From an uncultured Actinomycetota bacterium (GTDB lineage: Bacteria; Actinomycetota; Actinomycetes; Streptosporangiales; Streptosporangiaceae): DNA of 64,000 nt. Shown here in pieces: positions 10,618 through 20,360 of the stretch (position 1 is its first letter; the number at the start of each line of letters is the position of its first letter). The stretch lies in the NCBI GenBank assembly GCA_963719705.1, contig CAVRCV010000012.1:4581-68580 (forward strand), given 5' to 3'. The position numbers and the translations under genes were made by a program. The notes beneath the pieces were generated by a model, which was not told the DNA's origin, did no database searches, and saw only the letters and a list, made by a program, of their open reading frames with translations.

Positions 10618-11832
10618 ATGGCGCGGCGGAATCTGACCGGAGCAGGACCGATGAGCCGGGGGCCAGGCGGCGCCCGGCGGCGGGCAGTGGCCCGGCGGCG
10701 GGCCGCGGCCGGGAGGGCATATGGCACGGCGGCCGTGGCGGCCGCGACCGGGCTGGCGGCCGCCGGCTGGGCGCTGGCGGCGGCGCCTCCCGCGGCAGCA
10801 AGCGGGACCGCGGCCAGCCAGCCCGCCGCGGTCAGCCAGCCCGCCGCGGCCGCGTCCTGGAAGATCGTCAAGACCGTGCACGGCAGCCAGGACCCGGAGT
10901 TCACCGCGGTGACCGCCGCGAGCAAGACCTCCGCCTGGGCGTTCGTGGCACCGTCGCTGGGCAGCGCGGCACCGACCGCCTGGCGGCTGTCGGGCTCGTC
11001 CTGGAAGAAGTCCGCGTTCCCCGGCAAGCCGAACGAGCAGGTGGTGTCGGCCTCGTCGGCCTCGGCATCGGATGTATGGGCGGTCACCTCGAACTTCACC
11101 CAGTCCCGCGCGCTGTGGTGGAACGGGCACCGCTGGGCGGTCAAGGGCACGATTCATGACGCGCTGGACGACGTGGTGGCGCTCGGCGCGAGGAACGTGT
11201 GGGCGTTCGGCTCGACGATCTTCCCCGGCCAGGCGGGCGCCTGGCACTACAACGGGCACTCGTGGAAGCGCGTCTCCTCCGGCAGCGGGCTGTCCGGCGG
11301 CAGCGCGGGACCGGCCGGCAGCATCTGGGCCTTCGGCGGCAAGAACGTGGCGCACTGGAACGGGCACCGCTGGTCCAAGACCTCGGTAGCCTCGCTGCTG
11401 CCGTCCGGCTCGCTCAGCGACCCGCGGGTCACCGGCGTGGTCGCCCGCTCCGCCCGCAACGTCTGGGCGGTCGGCACCGGCGGCCGCCAGGACGAGGGCG
11501 GCCCGGTGGTGGTGCTGCACTACAACGGCCATCACTGGAGCCGGGCGGCCACCGACACCGGCGCCGGGGACCCGTTGCCGGCCGTGGTCGCCCCGGACGG
11601 AACGCACGACCTGTGGATCCCGGTGCCCGGCTTCGACGGGCGGAGCTCGGTCATGCTGCGCTACGCGGGCGGCCGCATCCAGAAGGTCGGCCAGCCCCGG
11701 CCCGGCAGCGAGATGGCCGTGCTGGCCGTCGCCGGGGTACCGGGCAGCGGCCGGGCGCTCGGCGCGGGTGCCGCCTACCGCAAGGGCCAGCCCGGCACCG
11801 GCCAGTCGGCTCTGCTGCTTGAGTACCACTGA
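10618..11832 (+). CDS. Secreted hypothetical protein with beta-propeller-like W-A-F/V-G repeats
   Basis: Arg-rich N-terminus (RRRAVARRRAAAG) then a hydrophobic Ala-rich signal. Recurrent (V/I)WA(F/V)(G/T) and NGH.W motifs. No family recognised. Confidence 0.5.
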   Translation: MARRNLTGAGPMSRGPGGARRRAVARRRAAAGRAYGTAAVAAATGLAAAGWALAAAPPAAASGTAASQPAAVSQPAAAASWKIVKTVHGSQDPEFTAVTAASKTSAWAFVAPSLGSAAPTAWRLSGSSWKKSAFPGKPNEQVVSASSASASDVWAVTSNFTQSRALWWNGHRWAVKGTIHDALDDVVALGARNVWAFGSTIFPGQAGAWHYNGHSWKRVSSGSGLSGGSAGPAGSIWAFGGKNVAHWNGHRWSKTSVASLLPSGSLSDPRVTGVVARSARNVWAVGTGGRQDEGGPVVVLHYNGHHWSRAATDTGAGDPLPAVVAPDGTHDLWIPVPGFDGRSSVMLRYAGGRIQKVGQPRPGSEMAVLAVAGVPGSGRALGAGAAYRKGQPGTGQSALLLEYH

Positions 11833-11844
11833 GCTAGCGGCGAC

Positions 11845-11888
11845 TTCACCGGGTGGCCGGTCGGGTAACCGTCCGGCCACCCGGTGAA
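11845..11888 (+). terminator. Strong hairpin terminator after the secreted-protein gene
   Basis: Perfect 16-bp inverted repeat TTCACCGGGTGGCCGG (11845-11860) / CCGGCCACCCGGTGAA (11873-11888), 12-nt loop, followed by T-rich TTGTTGCTCTTTCGTT. Confidence 0.55.
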
Positions 11889-12187
11889 TTGTTGCTCTTT
11901 CGTTACCAGGTTTGCCTGCCTCGAAAGCCCTTCCCGCGTGTCTTACAAGTGAGGTATCGCAGGCGCACAGGGGTTGCCTGCGGTGCCCTGAGGTCGGGAG
12001 GCACCGTGATGGGCGAAGGTGACCAGTGGGCAGCGCTGGACAGCCAGTATGAGCGGCTTGTTGACACTTCCATGCCATTGCCGGTCATCCAGGCCCCGGC
12101 CGACCCGGCAAAGCGGGATCACCGGCGGATCGGGCTGACCGCCAGGACCGAGCTGGCCAGGCGCAGCCGTAGGCGCCGGCACCGGGT

Positions 12188-13924
12188 CTAACGGCCGGGC
12201 CGGGCTACCCGGCCGCGGCGGCCAGCTGCTGCCGCAGGTGACCGATCGCCTGCGGCACCGGCACCCGCGTGCTTTTCGCCGGTCGCGCGGCTGGTGATCT
12301 CCACCACCCCGTCGGCAAGGTCCCGGCTGCCGACGCTGACCCGGAAGGGTATCCCGGTCAGCTCCGCGTCGGCGTACTTGACCCCGGCCCGCTCGTCCCG
12401 GTCGTCGAGCAGCGCGTCCACTCCGGCCGCGAGCAGGTCCCGGTACAGCGCGCCGGCCGCCTCGACCGCGGCGGGGTCGCGCAGGCTGAGCAGGATCACC
12501 GTGACGGCTGCCGGGGCTACCTGCGGCGGCCAGGCCAGGCCCGCCTCGTCGTGGTGCACCTCGGCGATCGCCGCGACGGCCCGCTCAACCCCGATCCCGT
12601 AGCTGCCCATGATCGGCACGATCGGGGTGCCGTCCGCGCCGTCGACGGCGACCCCGAGCGCGGTGGTGAACCTGCGGCCGAGCTTGAAGATGTGCCCGAC
12701 CTCCATCGCCTGGATCTGCTCCAGCGCCGCGCCGCACCGCGGGCACGGCTCCCCCGCCGACACCTCGCGCAGGTCGGCCCAGCTGCCGACGGCGATGTCC
12801 CTGGCCACGTCCACGCCGGTGAGATGCACCTCGTCGGCGTTGGCCCCGGTGGCCATGTCCCGCCGCCCGCGCAGCGCCTCGTCGGCGATCACCGGCAGCC
12901 CGGTCACGCCCACCGCGCCGAGGCTGCCAGGGGACGCGCCGAGCGCGGCGCGGATCTCGTCCGCCTGAGCCGGGCGCACCTCGGCAGCGCCGGTGGTGTC
13001 GATCAGCTTCTGCTCGGCCAGCGGATGGTCCCCGCGCAGCAGCACCAGGGTGAGCTTGCCGTCGATGAAGTACACCAGCGTCTTGATCTGGCGGTCCGCG
13101 GCCAGGCCGTGCTTGTTCGCCAGGTCCTCGATCGTGCGCACCCCGGGGGTGGCCAGCCTGGCGGGCGCGGCCGGGTACCCCGCGCCGGGCTCGTCCCCGA
13201 CGGCCGCGAGCGCGGAGGTGGCCTTCTCCAGGTTGGCCGCGTAGCCGCAGTCCGGGCAGCGCACCACCCGGTCCTCCCCGGCCGGGGACGGGCACATGAA
13301 CTCCAGCGAGTCGGTGCCGCCCATGGTCCCGTTCGAGGCCTCGACCGCGAACGCCGGGATGCCGAGCCGTTCGAAGATCCGCTCGTAGGCGCCCCGGTGC
13401 GCCTCGAACGACGCGTCCAGGCCGGCCTGGTCCGCATCGAAGCTGTAGGAGTCCTTCATGGTGAACTCGCGCACCCGCATCAGCCCGCTCTTGGGCCTGG
13501 GCTCGTCCCGGAACTTGACCTGGAACTGGTACCAGGACTGCGGCAGATCGCGGTAGGAGGACAGCTCAACCGCCAGCGTGGCAAAGATCTCCTCGTGGGT
13601 GAACCCGAGCACCATCGCGGCGCCCTTGCGGTCCCGCAGCCGGAACATCTCCTCGCCGATGATCTCCAGGCGGCCGCTGCGCTCCCAGATCGACGCCGGG
13701 TGCATGCACGGCAGCAGGAACTCCTGTGCCCCGATCCGGTCCATTTCCTCCCGGATGATCCCGATCACCCTGGCCCGGACCCGCATGCCAAGCGGCAGCA
13801 TGGAGTAGTGGCCGGCCATCAGCTGCCGGATGAAGCCGGCCCGCAGCAGCAGCCGGTGACTGGCCGCATCGGCGTCGGCGGGATCCTCCCGCAGCGTCGG
13901 GATGTGCAGCTGTGACCAGCGCAT
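12188..13924 (-). CDS. proS: Prolyl-tRNA synthetase (3' end frame-shifted as assembled)
   Basis: MRWSQLHIPTLREDPADA...HRLLLRAGFIRQL..G.YSMLPLG... is class II ProRS order. After ..ATGEKH the frame yields an Arg/Ala-rich tail, while the adjacent frame reads TRVPVPQAIGHLRQQLAAAAG with a stop at 12205. The break is at the T4 run near 12272. Confidence 0.85.
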   Translation of the reverse strand: MRWSQLHIPTLREDPADADAASHRLLLRAGFIRQLMAGHYSMLPLGMRVRARVIGIIREEMDRIGAQEFLLPCMHPASIWERSGRLEIIGEEMFRLRDRKGAAMVLGFTHEEIFATLAVELSSYRDLPQSWYQFQVKFRDEPRPKSGLMRVREFTMKDSYSFDADQAGLDASFEAHRGAYERIFERLGIPAFAVEASNGTMGGTDSLEFMCPSPAGEDRVVRCPDCGYAANLEKATSALAAVGDEPGAGYPAAPARLATPGVRTIEDLANKHGLAADRQIKTLVYFIDGKLTLVLLRGDHPLAEQKLIDTTGAAEVRPAQADEIRAALGASPGSLGAVGVTGLPVIADEALRGRRDMATGANADEVHLTGVDVARDIAVGSWADLREVSAGEPCPRCGAALEQIQAMEVGHIFKLGRRFTTALGVAVDGADGTPIVPIMGSYGIGVERAVAAIAEVHHDEAGLAWPPQVAPAAVTVILLSLRDPAAVEAAGALYRDLLAAGVDALLDDRDERAGVKYADAELTGIPFRVSVGSRDLADGVVEITSRATGEKHAGAGAAGDRSPAAAAGRRGRVARPGR

Positions 13925-14259
13925 GAACGCAGCCTGCCTCCGGCATAGGGATTTCGCGGAAGAACGCATTCTAGGCGCTCAGGCGGCCTGCCGACCGCTC
14001 AGTTTCGGGCAGGCCGGTACCGGGCAACTCTCCCGCATGCCGTCGGATGCCTCGGCTCGCCGGAAGCTCTCCTTCACCCTGGGCATCGCGTCGATCTTCG
14101 ACCTTACCGGGGCGACGATCTACCGGATCACCCGGCCGAGCCTGCCAGCCAGCCAGTCACCGGCCGCCGACCCGTTCCGGGCGGCGATGAGCACGATCAT
14201 GGCCGCTCGCCGGGATGCGGCCCTGCGTGCGCACGATGAAAGCGGCGTGACCTTACCGG

Positions 14260-14640
14260 ATGACAGACTCCGAGATCTCCGCCCATCCGACCGAGATGCC
14301 GTCGACGGAGATGCCGTCGGTGGAGCAGGCGATCGCGCTGCGGGAGCAGGCGCCGGAGCTCTACGAGCTGTGGCTGCGGATCGCCAGGGACAAGGCGGCC
14401 ACCGCCAACTACGTGGAGCGCGCACCCTACGAGGTGCCCGAGCGGCTGGCCCAGAGCGCACGACCGCGGGCGCTGCTGGCCCTGGTCGTCGTGCTCTCCT
14501 TCTGCGGGTACCTGGCCTGGCTCGGCGGTCCGGGGCCGTATATCGGCGGCCTGATCGCGATCGCTGACCTCGGCGCGATGTTCGGCGTGTTCTTCGGGCT
14601 GCGGCCGGAGCTGCTGGCCGGGCAGCCGGGGCAGTGCTGA
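14260..14640 (+). CDS. Hypothetical small membrane protein
   Basis: 126-aa ORF with two predicted TM helices (ALLALVVVLSFCGYLAWLG, IGGLIAIADLGAMFGVFFGL). May be joined by a frame break to the upstream ORF starting at 14037 (MPSDASARRKLSFTLGIASIF...). Confidence 0.3.
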   Translation: MTDSEISAHPTEMPSTEMPSVEQAIALREQAPELYELWLRIARDKAATANYVERAPYEVPERLAQSARPRALLALVVVLSFCGYLAWLGGPGPYIGGLIAIADLGAMFGVFFGLRPELLAGQPGQC

Positions 14641-14676
14641 CCGGGGCAGTGCCGACCGGGGCAGGGCTGACCGGGA
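14626..14676 (+). repeat. 15-bp tandem repeat (3.4 copies) spanning the stop codon
   Basis: CCGGGGCAGTGCTGA / CCGGGGCAGTGCCGA / CCGGGGCAGGGCTGA / CCGGGA. Confidence 0.6.
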
Positions 14677-14785
14677 CCGCTAAATGCTACAGATCCTTGG
14701 ACGGAGGGAGAGCTAACTGTAGAATATTGTCCCGTGCCCGCCGTACCGGACGGCGGCGCAGGCATCAGGAGCGGTACGGCCTGCC

Positions 14786-15683
14786 ATGACCACCAGCACC
14801 ACTGCGCCCGCGAGCACCGGCCCCGCGGTGACCCGTCGCCGTGAGCTCGGCGAGACCAGCGCCCGCTCCCTGCTGATGACCGTGCTGGGCGAGTACGTGC
14901 TGCCCCGCGGCGAGCCGGTCTGGACCTCGGCGCTGGTCCGGGCGCTCGGCCTGCTCGGCATCGAGGAGAAGTCCGCCCGCCAGGCGCTGGCCCGCAGCTG
15001 CGCCGAGGGCTGGCTGGCCTCGCAGCGACTGGGCCGCCAGGCGCGCTGGCAGCTGACCGAGCCCGGCCGCCGCCTGCTGTCGGACGGGGCGAGCCGGATC
15101 TACTCGTTCGGCCGCCAGGACCGGCCGTGGGCCGGGACAGTGGCTGGTGCTGCTGGTCAGCGTGCCGGAGGCAAGGCGGGAGCTGCGGCACCGGCTGCGT
15201 ACCCGGTTGCAGTGGGCCGGCTTCGGCACGCCGTCGCCGGGCGTCTGGCTTTCCCCGCACACCGGCCCGAGGCGCAGGCCCGCCGGATCCTGGCCGATCT
15301 CGGGCTGGCCGCTGCCTCGGTGTCGCTGCTGGCCAGCTACGGCTCGATCGGCACTCAGGCGGGCCTGGCCCGGCAGGCCTGGGACCTGAACGCGGTAGCG
15401 GCCAGGTACTCCGACTTCATCGACGCGTTCGCCGGAGCGTGGCCGGACGGCCGGACATCCCAGGCGGCCCCGGCGGCCAGGGCGATAGCCAGTTGTTCAC
15501 CGCGGCACCCGGCTGGTGCACGAGTGGCGGCGGTTCCCGTTCCTGGATCCGGGACTGCCGCCCGAGCTGCTGCCGCCCGGCTGGATCGGAGCCGCCGCGG
15601 CCCGGCTGTTCGCCGAGCGGCACGGCGAGTGGCATGGCGGCGCCCAGCGGCACTGGGACTGCCTGACTGGACACACCCGGTGA
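14786..15683 (+). pseudogene. PaaX family transcriptional regulator, about 3 frame breaks as assembled
   Basis: N-terminus ARSLLMTVLGEYVLPRGEPVWTSALVRALGLLGIEEKSARQALARS. Middle in a second frame: LLVSVPEARRELRHRLRTRLQWAGFGTPSPGVWLSPH. C-terminus in a third frame: RLVHEWRRFPFLDPGLPPELLPPGWIGAAAARLF...HTR, stop at 15681-15683. Breaks at ~15125, ~15265, ~15485. Confidence 0.75.
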
Positions 15684-17415
15684 GCGCCGCCCCCGACCTG
15701 CGGCGGGTGCCGTTCGACACCGATCCGGGCCGGTACCGGCACTGGCGGCTGGCCACCGAAGGGCCGGTGGCCACGCTGACCCTGGACGTGGCCGAGGACG
15801 GCGGGGTGGCACCCGGCTACCAGCTCAAGATGAACAGCTACGACCTGGGCGTGTACATCGAGCTGTACGACGCGGTGCAGCGGCTGCGGTTCGAGCACCC
15901 GGAGGTCCGGGCGGTGATCGTGACCAGCGGGAAGGAGCGGATGTTCTGCGCCGGGGCGAACATCGGCATGCTGGCCTCGTCCTCGCACGCCTGGAAGGTG
16001 AACTTCTGCAAGCTCAGCAACGAGACGCTGGCCGGCGATCGAGGACGCCACGGCGTGTTCCGGCCAGACCTACATCGCGGCTCTCAGCGGCACCGCCGCG
16101 GGCGGCGGCTACGAGCTCGCGCTGGCCTGCGACGAGATCGTGCTGGTCGACGACGGCTCGTCGGTGGTGGCGCTGCCCGAGGTGCCGATGCTCGGCGTGC
16201 TGCCCGGCACCGGCGGGCTGACCCGGCTGACCGACAAGCGCGGCGTGCGACGGGACCGCGCCGACGTGTTCGCGACCACCGCCGAGGGGGTCCGCGGCGA
16301 CCGGGCGGTGGCCTGGCGGCTGGTGGATGCGACCGTGCAGGCGCGCGACTTCCCGGCCGAGATCGACGCGCCAGGGCGCAGGCAGCCGCCGGGCGCTCGG
16401 CCCGGCGTGCGGCCGACGGGCAGCCCGGCGTCGCGCTGACCCCGCTGCGCCGCGAGACCGCGGACGGGCGACGGCGAGACCGGCACGGACGGCTGCCGAT
16501 CCGGTATGACCACCTGCTGGTCGAGATCGACCGCCGGGCCGGCACCGCGACCCTGACCCTGGCCGGGCCGGGCCGCCCGGGCGAGCCGGACGAGGTGCCG
16601 GACACGGTGGCTGACCTGCACCGGCAGGGCGCGGCGGGCTGGGCGCTGGCCGCGGCACGGGAACTGGACGACGCGATCGTGCGGCTGCGGGCAGACGAGC
16701 CGGAGGCCGGCACCTGGCTGCTGACGGACCAGCGGGGACCCGGCGGCCGTGCTCGCGCTGGACGAGCTGCTGCTGGCGCACCGGGACGACTGGCTGGTGA
16801 ACGAGATCATCCAGTACTGGAAGCGGGTGCTGCGGCGGCTGGAGGCGACCTCGCGGAGCCTGATCGCGCTGATCGAGCCGGGCAGCTGCTTCGCCGGGCT
16901 GCTGCTGGAGCTGGCGCTGGCCGCCGACCGCCAGTACATGCTGGACGGCGTCTTCACCGACGAGCCCGAGCCCGCCCCGGCCGCCGCGATCTGCCTGGAT
17001 GAGTTCAGTGCCGGGCTGCTGCCCGGCAGCGGCGGGCGGACCCGGCTGGCGGTCCGGTTCGGCGGATGACCAGCAGGCCCTGGCGGCCGCGGCGGCGGCC
17101 AGCGGGCAGGACTGCTGGCGGCGGCCGAGGCCGGCCGGGCTCGGCCTGGTCACCGAGACCCCCGACGACCTGGACTGGGCCGACGAGCTGCGGCTGGTGG
17201 TGGAGGAGCGGGCCAGCTTCTCCCCCGACGCGCTGACCGGGATGGAAGCCAGCCTGCGCTACCCCGGACCGGAGACATGCGAAACGAAGATCCTCGGCCG
17301 GCTCACCGCCTGGCAGAACTGGATCTTCCAGCGGCCCAACGCGGCCGGGCCGGACGGGGCGCTGCGCCGTTACGGCACCGGCCAGCGGGCCGACTACGAC
17401 AGGAGGCGAGTCTGA
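15680..17415 (+). pseudogene. boxC: Benzoyl-CoA-dihydrodiol lyase (2,3-epoxybenzoyl-CoA dihydrolase), at least 5 frame breaks as assembled
   Basis: GTG 15680 overlaps the paaX stop (GTGA). Pieces read YRHWRLATEGPVATLTLDVAEDGGVAPGYQLKMNSYDLGVYIELYDAVQRLRFEHPEVRAVIVTS, then AAGGGYELALACDEIVLVDDGSSVVALPEVPMLGVLPGTGGLTRLTDKR, then SRSLIALIEPGSCFAGLLLELALAADRQYML, then ETKILGRLTAWQNWIFQRPNA. Breaks at ~16035, ~16375, ~16740, ~17040, ~17100-17140. Confidence 0.8.
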
Positions 17416-17416
17416 C

Positions 17417-18931
17417 ATGACGCGCCAGGAGACGCGGCCCGCCAGCCGGCGCACCGGGCAGCCCGCGGAGATCATCGGCGAGCTCGGCCCGCGCCCGCGA
17501 GGGGCCGGTCAGCGTCATCGACTACAGCGAGCGGATCCCCAACAACGTGGGCCTGGCCACCGACCGGCGGCTGCAGCGGGCGCTGGAGTCCTGGCAGCCG
17601 AAGTTCCTGGACTGGTGGTCCGCTGCTCGGCCCGTCGGTGCCGACCAGGGACGTGTACCTGCGCACCGCCACCGCGATCGGCCGGGACGGCTGGGCCAAC
17701 TGGGCCAGGGTGCCGATGGAGCAGCTACCGCTGGGGCATCTTCCTGTCCGAGCGCGAGCCCGGACCGCCGGATCGGGTTCGGCCAGCACCTGGGCGAGCC
17801 CGCCTGGCAGGAGGTGCCCGGCGAGTACCGCAGCGACCTGCGGCGGCTGATCGTGATCCAGGGCGACACCGAGCCCGCCTCGGTGGAGCAGCAGCGGCAC
17901 CTGGGCGCGACCGCGCCGAGCCTGTACGACATGCGCAACCTGTTCCAGGTCAACGTCGAGGAGGGCCGCCACCTGTGGGCGATGGTGTACCTGCTGCACG
18001 CCTACTTCGGCCGGGACGGCCGGGAGGAGGCCGAGCAGCTGCTCAAGCGCAACTCCGGCGACGCTGGACAGCCCCCGGATCCTGGGCGCGTTCAACGAGC
18101 AGACCACCGACTGGCTGTCGTTCTTCATGTTCACCTACTTCACCGACCGGGACGGCAAGTACCAGCTCGGCACGCTGAAGGAGAGCGGCTTCGACCCGCT
18201 GGCCCGCACCTGCGAGTTCATGCTGCGGGAAGAGGCGCACCACATGTTCGTCGGCACCACCGGGGTGCAGCGGATCGTGCAGCGCACCGCCGAGCTGATG
18301 GCCGCCCACGGCACCGATGACCTGTGGCGGCACGGCGGCATCCCGCTCTCGGTGATCCAGAGGTACCTGAACTTCCAGTTCTCGGTGTCGCTCGACCTGT
18401 TCGGCTCGGAGACCTCGACCAACGCCGCCGCCTACTACACCGCCGGGCTCAAGGGCCGGTGGATGGAGACCCGGCGCCGGGACGATCACCTGCTGGCCGG
18501 ACGACACCATGGACGTGCCCGGTGGTGCGGGACGGCGCGATCAGCACCAGGACCCGGTGCCGCTGCTGACCGCGCTCAATCTCGACCTGCGCAACGAGTA
18601 CATGCTGGACTGCGCCCGCGGGCTGCGGCGGTGGAACGCCGAGCTGGAGCAGGCCGGGGTCGAGCAGCGGCTGGCCCTGCCGCACGAGGGCTTCAACCGG
18701 AAGGTCGGCTGCTTCGCCGGGCATCACGTCAGCCCGGACGGGCGAGCTGCTGGCGCCGGCGGAGTGGGCAGCGGCAGGCGCCGGGCTGGCTGCCGACCGC
18801 CGATGACCGGGCCGGGGTGGCCGGGCTGATGCAGCCGCACTACGAGCCGGGCGAGTTCGCCAGCTGGATCGCCGCCGCCCGGCGTGGGCATCAACGACCT
18901 GCCGGTCGAGTACGACTACGTGCGGTTCTGA
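17417..18931 (+). pseudogene. boxB: Benzoyl-CoA 2,3-epoxidase (oxygenase) subunit B, at least 8 frame breaks as assembled
   Basis: ATG 17417 follows AGGAGG. Pieces read IDYSERIPNNVGLATDRRLQRALESWQPKFLDWW; DVYLRTATAIGRDGWANW; YRWGIFL; AWQEVPGEYRSDLRRLIVIQGDTEPASVEQQRHLG...NLFQVNVEEGRHLWAMVYLLHAYFGRDGREEAE; FFMFTYFTDRDGKYQLGTLKESGFDPLARTCEFMLREEAHHMF (di-iron E..H); LPHEGFNRK; EYDYVRF-stop. Confidence 0.8.
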
Positions 18932-18933
18932 CG

Positions 18934-19822
18934 TGCTTCGACGGCCGGCTGCTGGTCGACGCGCACGCGCACGTGGCCCGGCTCCCGACCCTGTCCGCCG
19001 ACTGGCAGGCCTGGGTGCGCACCTTCGGCGGCGGCGTGCCGCTGGACGAGCTGTTCGACGCCGACGGCGACGCCGCGGCCGGCGGCGATCGACGAGCACT
19101 TCGCCCGGCAGGGCGCCGACCACGTGCTGCTGTTCTGCGAGTACAGCCCCAAGGTCACCGGCATGCAGCCGATCGAGGACGTGCTCCCGCTGGCCGCGGC
19201 GAACCCGGCCCGGTTCCGCCCGGTCGCCAACATCAACCCGCACCTGCATTACCCGGTGGCCAGGGAGCTGGCCCGGCAGGTCGGCCTGGGCGCGGTCGCG
19301 CTGAAGATCCATCCGGTGCACGGCGGGTTCGAGGCCAGGGACCGGATGCTGTACCCGGCCTACGCCTGGGCGCAGCAGCGCCGGCTGCCGGTGATCGTGC
19401 ACTGCGGCACGTCGACGTTCGCCGGGTCGGTCGAACGCCTACGCCGACCCGGTCCTGCTGGATGAGGTGTTCCGCGACTTCCCCGATCTCACCGTGGTGC
19501 TCGCGCACGGCGGCCGGGGCTGGTGGTACGACCAGGCCGCGTTCCTCGCGCTGATGCGGCCGAACGTCTGGCTGGAGGTGTCCGGCCTGCCGCCGCACCG
19601 GCTGCCGACTACTACGGGCCCGGCCAGCTGCGCCGGCTGGCCGACAAGATGATCTTCGGCACCGACTGGCCGGGCGTGCCCGGCGTGGCCCGCAACGCCC
19701 GCGCCCTGGAGAAGGTGCTGCTGGACGCGGGCTGCACCCCCGGACAGGTGGCCGCCGCCTGGGGCGGCAACGCCACCCGCGTCTTCGGCCTGTGCCGCGA
19801 CCACGCGCACGACCCCAGCTGA
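18934..19822 (+). pseudogene. Amidohydrolase-2 family metal-dependent hydrolase, at least 3 frame breaks as assembled
   Basis: Collinear pieces: LLVDAHAHV; LLFCEYSPKVTGMQPIEDVLPLAAANPARFRPVANINPHL...LGAVALKIHPVHGGF...LPVIVHCG; FRDFPDLTVVLAHGG; KMIFGTDWPGV...NATRVFGL. The start codon is uncertain. Confidence 0.6.
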
Positions 19823-19829
19823 CCGGACG

Positions 19830-20346
19830 GACCTGCTGCCGCGCGCGGCGGCGGCGCTGGCGCGCCCGGCAGCGAGCCGCGGGCGGCTGACCTGCTCGCT
19901 GCGGTGCTGGCCGATGGTGACGCAGCGGCCTCGCGGGCGGTGGCCAGGCTCGGGCTGGACGCAGCCGAGCTGGTCGCGGCGGCACGCGCGGCGGACGACC
20001 CGCCCGCCGGCCGCCATGAGATGGACCCGGACGGGTGGCTGCGGCAGGCCGGCCAGGAGGCCAGGCGGCACGGTCAGGGAGCTATCGGGACCGAGCACCT
20101 GAGTGCCTGCGGGACTGGGTGCTCGGCCCGCTGGGGCCGACCGAGTCGGCGAGCCTGCAGCGACTGCCGTCAGGCAGCGGCCCGGCGGACCAGGTCATGG
20201 CCCGCGGCCACTGCTTCGACGCGGGGAAGATCTTCCCGGTCCGGCCGAGCGCGGTCCTGGCCGTGGGCGCCGGCGAGCTCGTCGCGAGTGCCCGCGACAC
20301 GGCGGTGCTGGTGAGCGGCCACGGCTGCCCTTTCGTGATCACGTAA
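19830..20346 (+). pseudogene. Clp N-terminal (Clp R) domain protein remnant, frame-shifted
   Basis: LLAAVLADGDAAASRAVARLGLDAAELVAAAR and ...QEARRHGQGAIGTEHL resemble the two Clp_N repeats. The frame breaks after GTEHL (~20100). The N-terminus is not resolvable. Confidence 0.3.
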
Positions 20347-20360
20347 AGAAAATAGTGCTA

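Noticed and set aside
9070-12078. 1002-aa minus-strand ORF. Similar very long ORFs: 2664..4205, 24643..25968, 41259..42755, 44086..45759, 51066..52157, 56397..58091.
   Set aside because: These are Arg/Pro/Gly/Ala-rich low-complexity translations antisense or out of frame to well-supported genes. They are the usual stop-codon-poor artefact of very GC-rich DNA.
14786-17002. 738-aa ORF that looks like a single multidomain PaaX-crotonase protein.
   Set aside because: It is a chimera created by frame switches. The PaaX C-terminus and stop (15683) lie in another frame. boxC starts at GTG 15680.
18127-19554. 475-aa ORF spanning the boxB C-terminus and the next gene.
   Set aside because: It is a read-through artefact. 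boxB ends at EYDYVRF-stop (18931) in another frame. The downstream part belongs to a separately recognisable amidohydrolase-2 gene.
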